Positions 13,482-26,501 of a DNA stretch of 64,000 nt are shown piece after piece. The stretch spans positions 12,090,001-12,154,000 of the forward strand of contig OX597836.1 of the NCBI GenBank assembly GCA_951406725.2, in the 5' to 3' direction. Under the pieces are notes generated by a model that was not told the DNA's origin, did not search any database, and worked only from the letters and a program-made list of their open reading frames with translations. Position 1 is the first letter of the stretch; the number at the start of each line of letters is the position of its first letter. Position numbers and translations under genes: made by a program. Origin of the DNA: Octopus vulgaris (Eukaryota).

Positions 13482-13559
13482 TTTCTTTTGCTCCTTATCA
13501 TTCTGTCTTTCTCTCTTCCTCATGTGTGATCATAAATACATATTTGTAGATACCTCCAT

Positions 13560-13855
13560 GTACGTATGTATGTGTGTATGTATATATGTAGTGTAATGTG
13601 TATGTATATATGTAGTGTAGTATATGTGTGTGGGTGGATGTGTTCTTTTTCTTCACTTGTTTCAGTCATGTGTGTATGTGTGTATGTGTTTATATATATA
13701 TATAATTGTGTGTATATATGTGTGTGTATATATATATATGTATGTGTGTCTATGTGTGTGTGTATGTATAATATATAGATGTATTTATGTGTGTGTGTGT
13801 ACATATATATATATTTGTATGTATATATGTATGTGTATGTATATATGTGTGTATA

Positions 13856-13896
<41 letters not shown>

Positions 13897-15260
13897 ATAT
13901 ATGTGTGTGTGTATATATATATATGTATGTATGTATATGTGTTTATATATATGTATGTATATGTGTATATATATATGTATGTGTATGTTTATATGTGTAT
14001 GTATATGTGTATGTATGTATATATATATGTTTATATATGCATGTATATGCATATATGTATGTTTGTGTATACATATATCTGTGTGTAAATCTATATATAT
14101 GTGTATATATCTATTTATCTGTATGTATTCATATGTACACATGAAGGTGAATGTGATGTGTTTGTGTGTCTATTTTTACGCGTGTGCACGTGTGCATGCA
14201 TGTTAGCAGCATGATAATGTGCAACTATGTGTAAAAATGTGTGTGTTGATTTGTGTGTATGTGTGTGTGTGTGTGTGTTTATGCAGGTGTGAAGAAGATT
14301 TGTGTGTATGCGTATCTTAGGTACGTGCGTACGAATATATTTGCACGTGGGTGTGTGCATCGCGTATGCACGTTGAAAAGAAGTCTGAGCTCGTATGTAA
14401 TGTACGTTTGAGCATGTGTGCATACGTCTGAAGATATACATGCAGATGTTTGTGTTAGTGTATGTGTGTGTGTCTGTGTGTGCAACAGGTTTGTGAATGC
14501 ACATGTGCATACGTTTAGATTATTACCGCGACTGCGATGTGTGTTTGCGTGTGCACATTCGTGTGTGCAATAATGATGAGTAGCATAGATGCATGTTCGC
14601 ATGTATGGTTTTTTTTTTAGAATATGGAGAGGCATCTCTGCATGCGTATAGTTGAATATGTTTAAAGTACCTCTGTGTGCGTGCGTGCGTGTGCATGCGT
14701 TGCATGCAAGCATCTGCACATGCATGTCAGTTTTCTTTGTTCTTCTAGGTGAATGCTGCTTCTCGGAAGATTCTATTTCGGAATTCCCAGTGCTGTACTT
14801 TGTGTGTGTGTGTGTATGCAAGTGTGCCTCTATGTATGTGTGTGTTTATGTGTATGTGTGTGTCTGTGTGTTTGTGCATATGTGTTTGTGAGTGTGTGTT
14901 GCTATATGTGTGTGTCTGCATGCCTATATTCTTGTGTGGGTTACAGGTGTACATGGGTGTATGTGCATGTGTATATATGTATGTGTGTGTGTTTGTGCAT
15001 ATGTGTTTGTGAGTGTGGGTTACAGGTGTACATGGGTCTGTATGTATGTACACGTGTATATATGTATGTGTGTATGGACAGTTGTATATGTGTGTGTGTG
15101 TTTGTGCATATGTGTGAGTGTGGTTGCTATATGTGTGTGTCTGCATGCCTATATGTTTGTGTGGGTTACAGGTGTACATGGGTCTGTATGTATGTGCACG
15201 TGTATATATGTGTGTATGGACAGCTATCTATATATATATGTATGTGTGTGTGTGTGAATG
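13560..15260. repeat. Degenerate (TA/TG)n tract with internal tandem duplications
   Basis: Alternating purine-pyrimidine tract; gtgggttacaggtgtacatggg recurs three times between 14936 and 15185. Confidence 0.9.
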
Positions 15261-16199
15261 CACATGGCTCAGTGGTAAGAACTTTAGGATCACAATCATG
15301 AGGTAGTGAGTTCGATTCTTGGACTGGGTTGTTTGTTGTGTTCTTGAGCAAGACACTTTATTTCATGTGTGTGTTTGTGTCCCTGTGTTTGTCCCCCCAA
15401 CATCACTTGACAACCGATGCTGGTGAGTTTACATCCCCGTAACTTAGCGCTTTGGCAAAAGAGACCAACAGAATAAGTACTAGGCTTCTAAAGAATAAGT
15501 CCTGGGGTCAATTTGCTCGACTAAAGGCATTGCTCCAGCATGGCCACAGTCAAATGACTGAAACAAGCGAAAGAGTAAAGTGTATGATTCTGCCAGCTCA
15601 CCACCTTAATAACAACAACAACAACATCATCAGCAACAACAACAATAATAATTGTTTCAAATTTTATGAGAGGAGATAAGAAGTCAACTACATCAATCCC
15701 CCAATGTTTCACTGGTACTTAATTTATCGACCCCCGAAAGGATCAAAGGCAAAGTTGACCTTGGCAGAATTTGAAACCAACAATGATGATAATAATAATA
15801 ATAATAATAATGTTTATGATGATGATGATGTTAATAACAGTGATAACAATAATAGAGATGATAATGATAATGGTGATAATAATAATAATAACAATGATTT
15901 CTACTCCAGGCACAAGGCCCGAAATTTTTGGGGTGGAGGGCAGTCAATTTGATCCCAATATGCAACTGATACTTAATTGAGAGACCCTGAAAGGATGAAA
16001 GGCAAAGTCGACCTTGGCGGAATTTGAACACAGAATATAAGGACGGACAAAATGCTGTTAAGCATTTTACCAGGTGTGCTAATGATTCTGCCAGCTCACC
16101 AGCTTAATTACAATAATAATAATGATGATGATGATGATAATTACGATGATAATAACAGTGATAACTATAATAGGGATGATAAAGATAATGGTGATTATC

Positions 16200-16247
<48 letters not shown>

Positions 16248-16268
16248 TCATCATCATCATTATTGTTA

Positions 16269-16313
<45 letters not shown>

Positions 16314-16453
16314 CTATTATTATAATAGTGATAATAATAACAAGCAACCAAAAACCATCTGAAATGTGCAGATGAGGAAGAAGAAATTTCCGTGTGTCTG
16401 CAATATGAGAATCTTCCAAGAATTTTCCTAACACCTATAATTGTCTCCTGTCA

Positions 16454-16485
<32 letters not shown>

Positions 16486-16630
16486 ATATAAATAAGTGTA
16501 ATTTAAAAGGGGGGTGGGGTGGGAGTGAGGGAGAGAGAAAAATATAAGTTAAAGAAGTAAAAAAAAAAAAGAGAAATTCAGAAAACAAAATCAACAAATA
16601 CGAAACTACCTTCAACAGCATACAACAATA

Positions 16631-16661
<31 letters not shown>

Positions 16662-16687
16662 TAATAATAATATTAATAATAATAATA

Positions 16688-16719
<32 letters not shown>

Positions 16720-17296
16720 GATAATAATAATAATAATAATGATAATAATAATAATAATAATGATAATAATAATAATAATAATAATAATGGTAATCATAAT
16801 GATAATAATAATAATAATGATAAATAATAATAATAATAATAATGGTAATAATAATGGTAATAATAGCTGGATCGATTCTGTTGTAACAAAATATGGTCCA
16901 GTGGAGAATTATAGGAATATAATATATATATTGGCCGAGAATTAAAAACAAAATATAAGGCTGGGAGGGGGTTAAAATGTAAATAAAAAAAATAAGTAAA
17001 ACAAACCCCCCCAACAAAGTCTGCGTAAATAATTGCCCAATTAACGAACGAGCGATCTTTAATTTCTTCAGAAAGTAGTTCTAATCATTGCTATTATCTG
17101 TGAAATTTTAAACTCGGTTCTGCACCGTTCTTCAAATTAACTTCGGCTTCTATTTAGTTGTGGAGGATAACTTGGAATAGGGAGAAGAGGAAGAAAGAAG
17201 GCAAGAAAGAAAGATTCTTACTTCCTGTTGCTTCTTTGTAATTATTTATCCATTTAAGAAAGACAGCCGGTGATGGTTGTTGTTGTTGTTGTTGTT

Positions 17297-18432
17297 AAGG
17301 CGGTAAGCTGGCAGAATCGTTAGTACGCTGGGCGAAATGCTTAGCGGTATTTCGCCCCCTCGTTATGTTCTGAGTTCAAATTCCGCTGAGGTCGACTTTG
17401 CCTTTCATCCATTCGGGGGTCGATTAAATAAGTACCAGTTACAGACTGGGGTCGATATAATCAACTTAATCTGTTTGTCTGTCCTTGTTTGTCCCCTCTG
17501 TGTTTAGTCCCTTGTGGGTAGTAAAGAAATAGGTATTTCGTCTGCCGGTACGTTCTGAGTTCAAATTCCGCCGAGGTTGACTTTGCCTTTCATCCTTTCG
17601 GGGGTCGATTAAATAAGTACCAGTTACACACTGGGGTCGATATAATCAACTTAATCTGTTTGTCTGTCCTTGTTTGTCCCCTCTGTGTTTAGTCCCTTGT
17701 GGGTAGTAAAGAAATAGGTATTTCATTTGCTGGTACGTTCTGAGTTCAAATTCCGCCGAGGTTGACTTAGCCTTTGATCCTTTCGGGGTCGATTAAATAA
17801 GTACCAGTTACACACTGGGGTCGATATAATCAACTTAATCCATTTGTCTGTCCTTGTTTGTCCTCTCTGTGTTTAGCTCCTTGTGGGTAGTAAAGAAATA
17901 GGTATTTCGCCCCTCGCTATGTTCTGAGTTCAAATCCCGCTGAGGTTGACTATGCCTTTCATCCTTTCGGGGGTCGATTAAATAAGTACCAGTTACACAC
18001 TGGGGTCGATATAATCAAGTTAGTCTGTTTGTCTGTCCTTGTTTGTCCTCTCTGTGTTTAGCTCCTTGTGGGTAGTAAAGAAATAGGTATTTCGCCCCTC
18101 GCTATGTTCTGAGTTCAAATTCCGCTGAGGTTGACTATGCTTTTCATCCTTTCGGGGGTCGATTAAATAAGTACCAGTTACACACTGGGGTCGATATAAT
18201 CAAGTTAGTCTGTTTGTCTGTCCTTGTTTGTCCTCTCTGTGTTTAGCCCCTTGTGGGTAGTAAAGAAATAGGTATTTCGCCCCTCACTATGTTCTGAGCT
18301 CAAATTCTGCCGAGGTCGACGTTGCCTTTCATCGTTTCGGGGTCGATTAAAGAAGTACCAGTTACATGCTGGGGTCAATGTAATCGACTTCAACCCCTCC
18401 CCTAAGCTGCCCTTGAGGCAAAAATTTGAAAG
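17297..18432 (+). mobile_element. Tandem array of six Nin-like SINE body units behind a single head
   Basis: ggtatttc unit starts at 17346, 17532, 17717, 17901, 18086, 18271 (period 184-186 bp). Confidence 0.9.
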
Positions 18433-18477
<45 letters not shown>

Positions 18478-19167
18478 GGTGACGAGGTGGCAAAATCAAT
18501 AGCACACTGGACAAAACGCTTTGTGATATTTTGTCTGTCCTTACGTTGTGAGTTCAAATTCTGCCGAGGCCGACTTTACCTTTAATCCTTTTGGGGTTGA
18601 TAAAATAAGTAGCAATGGGATTGATGTAATCGACTAGGCCCCTCCCACCTAATTTCAGGCCTTGTGCCTTTAGTAGAAAGGATTATTATTATTATTATTA
18701 TTGAGAGCAGTGCATGCCATCAAAGTGACACTGGGGTAAAATATACGAAGCCCAGTATTCCCATCATGACTACCCGTCTGATAAGGGTACACCAGGCACA
18801 TGCATCACAACCATATGTGCACGACATGGTGATCTCATATCAAGATAAACAGCACATGACCTTGCAGGTGGGGCCCAGTTAGAATTTTCTTCAGGTTGAG
18901 TAGCCCATTCCACTCAAAAGGTCCCTGAATAAGGGTTGTTTAAGGATGTTGAATGAAACACCCCTGTTTCCAAAGGTGAATTATTCAAACCCCAAAGAAT
19001 CCCTCCCAACACATGGCTATAATGCTCCCCCACTACTTCTGCTCGTGATCAGAGATGCACATATCGTCAGCCACTAAGGGACATGCTCAACTGGTTAAGG
19101 TCAAACAACTGACAAGCAAATCTGTGGTATTGAGCGGAATATTTGCTGTAGCCCATCTTTTATACCA

Positions 19168-19211
<44 letters not shown>

Positions 19212-19569
19212 AAATTGAAATAGAATTCATGAGAAGTCTTTGTACCACATTTGAACTATGTGAAGGAATTAGAGATTTTGGGTACACTACACACGATTTC
19301 TGCAAAAGTTTCCAATTGTCTCTTTTTTTTGTGGAAAGACTTTTCATGAATTCTATTTCAGTTCTTACTTCACTATTTAACAAACAGGAATTCGAGATTT
19401 TATCTTGTTACTCATGAAATGCTTTATCTAAACCAACAGGAAGAATTAGATAAATAACACCGGTTTTGAACTATGTACTTACATACTCCAATATGAAATT
19501 CTATTTTGAACTGATGGATACCCCCCACCACCACCACCACCAAGAAACTAAAAAAAAACAATTGGAAAC

Positions 19570-19705
19570 ATGGTACCAGTGACCTCGCAACTCATTTCTA
19601 CAACTGAGTGAACTGGACCGACGTGAAATAAAGTGTCTTGCTCAAGAGCACAACACACAGCCCAGTCCAGGAATTGAACTCCCAACTTCATGATCATAAG
19701 CACCT
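19570..19705 (-). mobile_element. tRNA-derived SINE (family C)
   Basis: caactcatttctaca...aagtgtcttgctcaagagcacaacac...ggaattgaactc; related copies at 15262(+), 22925-23117(-), 42060-42210(-), 57750(+). Confidence 0.7.
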
Positions 19706-19791
19706 TCACTTTACATATATATATATATATTTCATTTTTGGATTTGGTTTGCAAGATTCTCTATATGAGTTTGTGTGTTGAAACATATTCC

Positions 19792-20088
19792 GTTGTGTCT
19801 GGGGAGAGTCATTTTCTTTTTGTGCTTTATAATTTAACACACTTACCGGTGAAATTTACACTTATTCCTTATTTTTATTTTCCTAAAATTTAAAAATTTT
19901 CATTGTGTCTTGCAACCTTTTCAATAGTCTTGACGCAGTGTAAATAACGGACAGTCAAGACTATTGAAAAGGTTGCAAGACGCAACGAAAATTTTAGGAA
20001 AATAAAAATAAGAAATAAGTGGAAATTTTACTGGTGAGTGTGTTAGATTATAAGGCATAAAAAGAAAATGACTCTCCCCAGACACAAC
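19792..20088. repeat. Long inverted repeat, ~140-bp arms with 19-bp spacer, between (TA)n tracts
   Basis: gttgtgtctggggagagtcattttc...caatagtcttgac pairs with gtcaagactattg...gaaaatgactctccccagacacaac. Confidence 0.9.
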
Positions 20089-20329
20089 AGTATATATATA
20101 TATATATATATATATAGTAAACGAGAGACAGAGACAAGCAGAAACAAGGAAAATGCCACTTATATTTGAACACTATACAAATATTCTTTTAGAAAAACTT
20201 TTCTTTTAATTTTTCTAAATTTAATTATTTAATTGTTACGGTTGAAAAAGTCTCAATGACTGAAACTGGTACTGAAATGTTCTCTTGTAGCATTTTCTAT
20301 CCTGACTTTTTTTTTCATATATATATATG

Positions 20330-20487
20330 GAGTGGCTGTGTGGTAAGTAGCTTGCTAACCAACCACATGGTTCCGAGTTCAGTCCCACTGCATGGCATCT
20401 TGGGCAAGTGTCTTCTGCTATAGCCCCGGGCTGACCAATGTCTTGTGAGTGGATTTGGTAGACGGAAACTGAAAGAAGCCTGTCGTA

Positions 20488-20533
<46 letters not shown>

Positions 20534-20738
20534 TGTGTGTGTTTGTCCCCCTAGCATTGCTTGACAACCGATGCTGGTGTGTTTGTGTCCCCGTTACTTA
20601 GCGGTTTGGCAAAAGAGACCGATAGAATATGTACTGGGCTTACAAAAAGAATAAGTCCCGGGGTCGATTTGCTCAACTAAAGGCGGTGCTCCAGGATGGC
20701 CGCAGTCAAATGACTGAAACAAGTAAAAGAGAGTAAGA

Positions 20739-20740
<2 letters not shown>
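20330..20740 (+). mobile_element. Full-length tRNA-derived SINE (family A)
   Basis: ggagtggctgtgtggtaag (A box-like), gagttcagtccc (B box-like), internal (TA)n, standard tail. Confidence 0.85.
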
Positions 20741-20774
<34 letters not shown>

Positions 20775-21229
20775 GCGCATGCACACACACACACATGTAC
20801 GGGTATACTTAGCAGTGCACACACGCACATATGGAAGATGCTGCATGCCTATTGCACTGTTGCCTTGTTTCGGTAGGAAATGGAACGGAGACTGGGGTAC
20901 ATGTTTGAGCTCTTAGACTGGCGCCAGACGTCAAGGAAGTATGTTTAACCTATTCATTTCTACAACATGTTTATTAGTTTGGAATTGAAAATAACCATTC
21001 AGCTCTGCTTAGAGACAGGCCATGAGAGCTAAAGAGGGGGGAGAGGGGACGGTACAACAAATGGAAGGGGGTTTTGTTTTGTTTTTGTTTTTGGGGGTTT
21101 TTTTTTTGGTTTGTTTGTTTGTTGGTTTGTTGGTTTTCTGGGTATCATCTTTTTGCGGGTGTGGATTTCACATAGAATGAGTCTCCTGTTGTTTAGTTTG
21201 GGATGTGGAGTTATGGGTTTCCTTCTGCA

Positions 21230-21473
21230 GAAAGAGAGATGAAGAGAGGATGAGAGTGTGTGTGTGTGTGTGTTTATGTTGTGGAGAGAGACAGACTGAC
21301 AGAGAGAGAGAGAGAGAGAGGGAAAGAGAAGGGGAGGAAGACAGATTGGCAGAGAGAGACACATATACAGAAAGGATGAGAGAGAGAGGGAGAGACAGAC
21401 AGAAAGACACGGAAAAGATGACAGAGAGAGAGAGAGGAGGAGGAAGACAGACTGACAGAGAGAGAGAGAGAGA

Positions 21474-21518
<45 letters not shown>

Positions 21519-21760
21519 GATGAGAGAGAGAGGGAGAGGAAGAGGCAGAGAGACACAGAAAAGATGAGAGAGAGAGGAAGTGACATACAGACAGAAAGCA
21601 AAAAAGAGAGAGAGAGGAAGTGAAACAGACAGGAGAAGAGAGAGAGAGAGAGAAAGAAAGTAAAAGAAAGACAGGAAAGTGAGAAATAAATAGAGAGAGA
21701 CAAACTGACAGAGAAAGTATGTGTGTGAGACAGAGAGAGAGAAAGACTGATAGACAGTGG
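21230..21760. repeat. (GA)n/(GACA)n/(CA)n purine-rich compound repeat
   Basis: Direct reading. Confidence 0.9.
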
Positions 21761-23139
21761 GAGAAAATTAAAAACAAAGGGACAATTATTCCTGGAATTG
21801 TTCTTTTAGTTTCAACTTTACCATCGTTAAAGAAACAGCAACCAAATCCACCTCAAAACTTTGTCTGCCATGTTAGAAATAGAAGATTCTTGCTTAAGGT
21901 ACTTCACAGCAGGGTTGAACCTAGAGCTATGACGTCTTTGCAAAGCTAGCTTCTTTAACCACACAACCAATGCCTGCACTCCACACACACAAATACACCC
22001 TTCACCATCATCATCATCGTCGTCATCATCATCACCACCACATATGAACCAGTGGGGGGGGGGGCTTTAAACTGATCAGTTATCCTGCTTGTTAAAGCAT
22101 TTCACAGTACTGAGGCCCTTTAGGGAAGGGAAAAGGGATGTTACCTCTTTAGGATTTAAATTACCCTGTCAAAATGTGCTGCTTATCCAGTCAAATTGTT
22201 TCGAATTAAACCATGTAGCTTCATGTAGCTTCAAGATATTTATGGTGTGATTGTTTACTTTTAGAATGGCATTGTAGGATAGGTGTGAGAGGCCAGATCT
22301 GGCCAGTTTGAACATAAAACAGATAGGGGTGTTTTGGGGCAGATATGGCCAGTTTAAATGTTAAGGGGTTGAAGAACAGGTTTGCTAAAAATGTAAGATG
22401 CTTTTTGACGATAGGTTGGCTCAGTCAGGTCTGACCTAGGGCTAAATAACCACAGTATACACATACACACTGTCAACGAACCAAATAATAAAAAAAATAA
22501 AGTCTTAGAGAAACTAGTCTGTAAGTAATTGCAAATTTATGAAGTTCTGTACAGTTTTGGAATTCGTTAAGAGCAAAGGTGAAACCACTTGTTGCCTTAA
22601 GTACTGTTTAAAATATGACTAGTTTTTCATTGAGTCACACTGTTGTATAATTAGTGTTTTAGAGTGAAATCTAGGATTGTTTTACATTGCTCTGCCTTCT
22701 CAGAATCAATGAGGGAGTCTCTGTATGGGTGCTCGACATGCTAAACATAACTGCCAAATTTCCTTCAAATTACATCTTGGCATTTTAAAAAAGCAGTGGA
22801 TACATTAGATAATGCAGTCAGAGGTATACAACAACAATCATCATCATGCTAAACTCAACAGCCAGGTTTCCCTCAAATTTCATTTTGGTATTTTAAACAG
22901 AAGGGAAGGATACATTACACCACTGATGTTGTCCAAGGGAAAGGCAAGGGCTGATTCAGCTTGGCGCCTGTGACACCGCAACTCATTTCTACAGAGGAAT
23001 GAACTGAGCAACATGAAATGAAATGTCTTGCTCGAGAAAACAACACACAGCCCAGCTCAGGGAATCGAACTTACAACCTGACAATTGTAAGCCCAATACC
23101 CTAACCACTGAGCCATGTGCTTTCACACACACACACATA

Positions 23140-23570
23140 CCATCATCATCATCATCATCATCGTTTAATGTCTGCTTTCCATGCTAGCATGGGTTGGACG
23201 GTTCAACTGGGGTCTGGGAAGCCAGAAGGCTGCGCCAGGCCCAGTCTGATCTGGCAATGTTTCTACAGCTGGATGCCTTTCCTAACGCCAACCACTCCGT
23301 AAGTGTAGTGGGTGCTTTTTGCGTGCCACCGGCACAGGTGCCAGACGAGGCTGGCAAACGACCACGAACGGATGGTGCTTTTACGTGCCACTGGCACGAG
23401 GGCCAGGTGAGGCTGGCAACAGCCACGATCAGATGGTGCTTTTTACGTGCCACCGGCACGAAGGCCAGTCGGGGCGGCGCTGGCAACGGCCACAATCGGA
23501 TGGTTCGCTTACGTGCCACCGGCACTGGTATCACAGCTGCAGTTTCCATTGATGTTGATCGACTTCGATT
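23140..23570 (-). mobile_element. Family D (RTE-related) element with four internal ~60-bp tandem units
   Basis: (CAT)n tail, ggatgcc(c/t)ttcctaacgcc motif, repeated ggtgcttttacgtgccaccggcac unit. Confidence 0.75.
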
Positions 23571-23989
23571 TTGGTTGGTTTCTTTCAGTTGATGTTTACC
23601 AAATCCACTCACAAGGCTTCAGTTGCCCCAGGGCTATAGCAAAAATAACGCTTGCCCCACAAGGCACCAATGCAATGGGACTGAACCCAGGACCACGTGG
23701 TTGGGAATCCGACTTCTTAACCACTCATCCACGCCTGTTTTCTTCATTTCAATATCAATTCTATTGTACCAAAAACCACCAGACTTGTAAGTTGACTTAT
23801 AAATCCGTTCAACATGCTTTGTAGTGTATTTTGGTTGCATAACGAAATACCATGTGCCTACGAGTCATTAACATCAGACTCCCAGACTCCCAGTCTATCC
23901 CTCCTCCTCAGCTCCCTCTCCCCCCCTCTCTCTCTCTTTTGCATCTTTATGAGCATGAGAAGAAAGTGGTGGTGATACTGCCAGTGGTT

Positions 23990-24480
23990 GGTGGTGGGGG
24001 TATCAGTGTTAGGGGTTTATGTTGATGGTTGGGGTGATGGTAGTGGTGATAGTATTGGTGGCTATGGTGGTAGTGGTAGCTTTGGTGATAATGGTTGCAG
24101 TTTTGGTGGTAGTGGTGGTTGCGGTTTTGGTGGTGGTGGTCACGGTTTTGGTGGTTGGAGTGGTCATTGTTTTGGTGGTAGTGGTGGTTGCAGGTTTGGT
24201 AGTAGTGATGGTAGTGTTGGTCACAGTTTTAGTGGTAGTAGTTGTAATGGTGATTGCAGTTTTGGTAGTTGTGGTCACAGTTTTAGTGGTAATATCTGTA
24301 GTGGTGGTTGCAGTTTTGGCAGTAGTGTTGGTAGTAGTTGTAGAGGTGTTTGCAGTTTTGGTGGTAGTGGTGGTCATAGTTTTGGTGATAGTGGTTACAG
24401 TGGTGGCGGTGGTGGTAAGGGTTGTGGCGATGGTGCTGTAGCAGTGGAATAGTGGAAGTGGTGGTGATTGCAGTGGTGGT
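23990..24480. repeat. GGT-based minisatellite (gcagttttggtggtagtggtggtt-like units)
   Basis: Recurrent (c/g)(a/g)gtttt(g/a)gt motif every ~18-30 bp. Confidence 0.85.
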
Positions 24481-24482
24481 GA

Positions 24483-24516
<34 letters not shown>

Positions 24517-24995
24517 TTTTTTTTATGGCAGCTGTAATAAGAATCAAAACACCAAGGAACAAAAAAATGTGAAGCACCACCACCACCACCAACAGCAGTA
24601 GTAGGTAGTAGTAGTAGTAGTAGTAGTAACAGTAGTATTAGTATCTATGAAATATCTATTACAATCTCTAAACTATCTCCTGTACACATTTTCAATTTTC
24701 CAATTCCATTGGCGATAAACAAAACAAGGAAATCAAAATAAAATTTTTAAAAAAAAAGCAAAGACAAAGAAAAAACAACAAAACAAACAAAACCCAAGCA
24801 ACACCTGTGATCTTTGTGGGTGTTTGCGTAGTGGTCGGGGGGGGGGTGGGGTGGGGGTGTTGGCTGGTCTCTTGCTCTTGTTTGGTGTTTGGTTGGTTGG
24901 TGGTGGTGGTCGTGGTTGGGGTGTGCTAGTTTGGTTGTCAGAAGAAACAAGAAATGGACAGCTGATTGTGTTTCTCTCCTGTTTTTTTCTTCTTC

Positions 24996-25053
<58 letters not shown>

Positions 25054-25062
25054 CACCATCAC

Positions 25063-25126
<64 letters not shown>

Positions 25127-25351
25127 GTTATGAATTATTTTTCTTGATCCTGCTTTATCTCTCTCTCTCCCCCCCCTCTCTTTCTCTCTATCTATCTGTC
25201 TATTTTTATCTTTATATATCTCTCTCTCTCTCTCTCTCCACTCTCCCTATCTGTAGAGAAGTCATATACTAACTCAAATGTTCCTGGTAATAAGTGGCTG
25301 GCTGTGCATATACAATTGTTTGTGTATACATGTATATATGTGTACATCATG

Positions 25352-25386
<35 letters not shown>

Positions 25387-25473
25387 GTATGTCTGAATGA
25401 ATGTGTGTGTATATACATGTATGTATATATATATATATCTGCATGTCCGAATGAATGTGTGTGTATATACATG

Positions 25474-25520
<47 letters not shown>

Positions 25521-25786
25521 GTATGTCCGAATGAATGTGTGTGTATATACATGTATGTGTGTGTGTGTATATATATATATATATAATGTGTGTGTGTGTA
25601 AAGTCATAAATGTCAGAGAAATGGTTTGATAAAATTTTATTTAACAATAAGAAAATTCTAACATCATGACACATTGTTTCGTAACTTAAGAACATGTAAG
25701 TAATCTATATTATTACATTTAATAATAAATTACTTCTGTCCTCAGGTGATAGAAAGTCTTTGTTAAATACTAAATGCTCAGTTCTA

Positions 25787-25940
25787 TGTTAACAACAAAC
25801 AAGATGAGGACCAATATCCATCAAATGTAAATAATGTAGATAATGTACATAATTCCTCATCTCTTAGATATAGAACTGTATTATCTAATCTGAACGGAGC
25901 CGGCATTAGACTTCAACCCGAGTTCGATTCCAGGCAGTGA

Positions 25941-25982
<42 letters not shown>

Positions 25983-26138
25983 TAATAATGATAATATCGA
26001 AAAATACCTTAGGACTGAGAACCCAAGTTTGAAATTTCCCCAAGACACCTGATGAAGGCTGGAGGGTATATCAGCCGAAACGTTGTGTTAACAACAAACA
26101 AGATGAGAACAAATATCTGTCGAATGTAAATAATGTAC
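25787..26138 (+). mobile_element. Penelope-like non-autonomous element with tRNA B-box, hammerhead and partial tandem repeat
   Basis: 25787-25850 is repeated at 26086-26138; gagttcgattcc at 25920; hammerhead at 26044-26089; same family at 49854-50310. Confidence 0.7.
26044..26089 (+). ncRNA. Minimal type I hammerhead ribozyme motif
   Basis: GACAC-CUGAUGA-A-GGCUG-loop-CAGCC-GAAA-CGU-U-GUGUU: stem I, stem II, intact core, palindromic ACGU stem III. Confidence 0.75.
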
Positions 26139-26170
26139 TAAATCCTCGTTGTAATGTTATAGGAATGGAC

Positions 26171-26202
<32 letters not shown>

Positions 26203-26213
<11 letters not shown>

Positions 26214-26346
26214 GAGGGCATTATACATACATGCCAGCGGGCATTATACATACATGCCACACGCTAAGAGGGACAATTAGTCATTTCTACCAAAATTGTC
26301 CCTCTTAGCGTGTGGCATGTATGTATAATGCCCTCTATATATAAAT
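26203..26346. repeat. Perfect inverted repeat (~40-bp core) next to (TA)n
   Basis: gggcattatacatacatgccacacgctaagagggacaatt pairs with aattgtccctcttagcgtgtggcatgtatgtataatgccc; left arm has an internal duplication. Confidence 0.9.
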
Positions 26347-26463
26347 TAATATGTTCAATAAGAAATAATTATTTTCGAAATTTATTCTCTTATGAGGTTT
26401 TCACGCTATCTACCTGACAATTTCTTGTTAAGTTTTCCTTATTAAGTAGTTGTCCTTAATTGC

Positions 26464-26501
<38 letters not shown>

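Noticed and set aside
17297-18432. CRISPR-like regular array
   Set aside because: Whole units are repeated with no unique spacers; it is SINE-derived eukaryotic DNA.
23988-24452. Gly/Ser/Cys/Phe-rich ORF resembling a structural protein
   Set aside because: Non-ATG start, open in three overlapping frames, and fully explained by a GGT minisatellite; RNA-seq would be needed to revive it.
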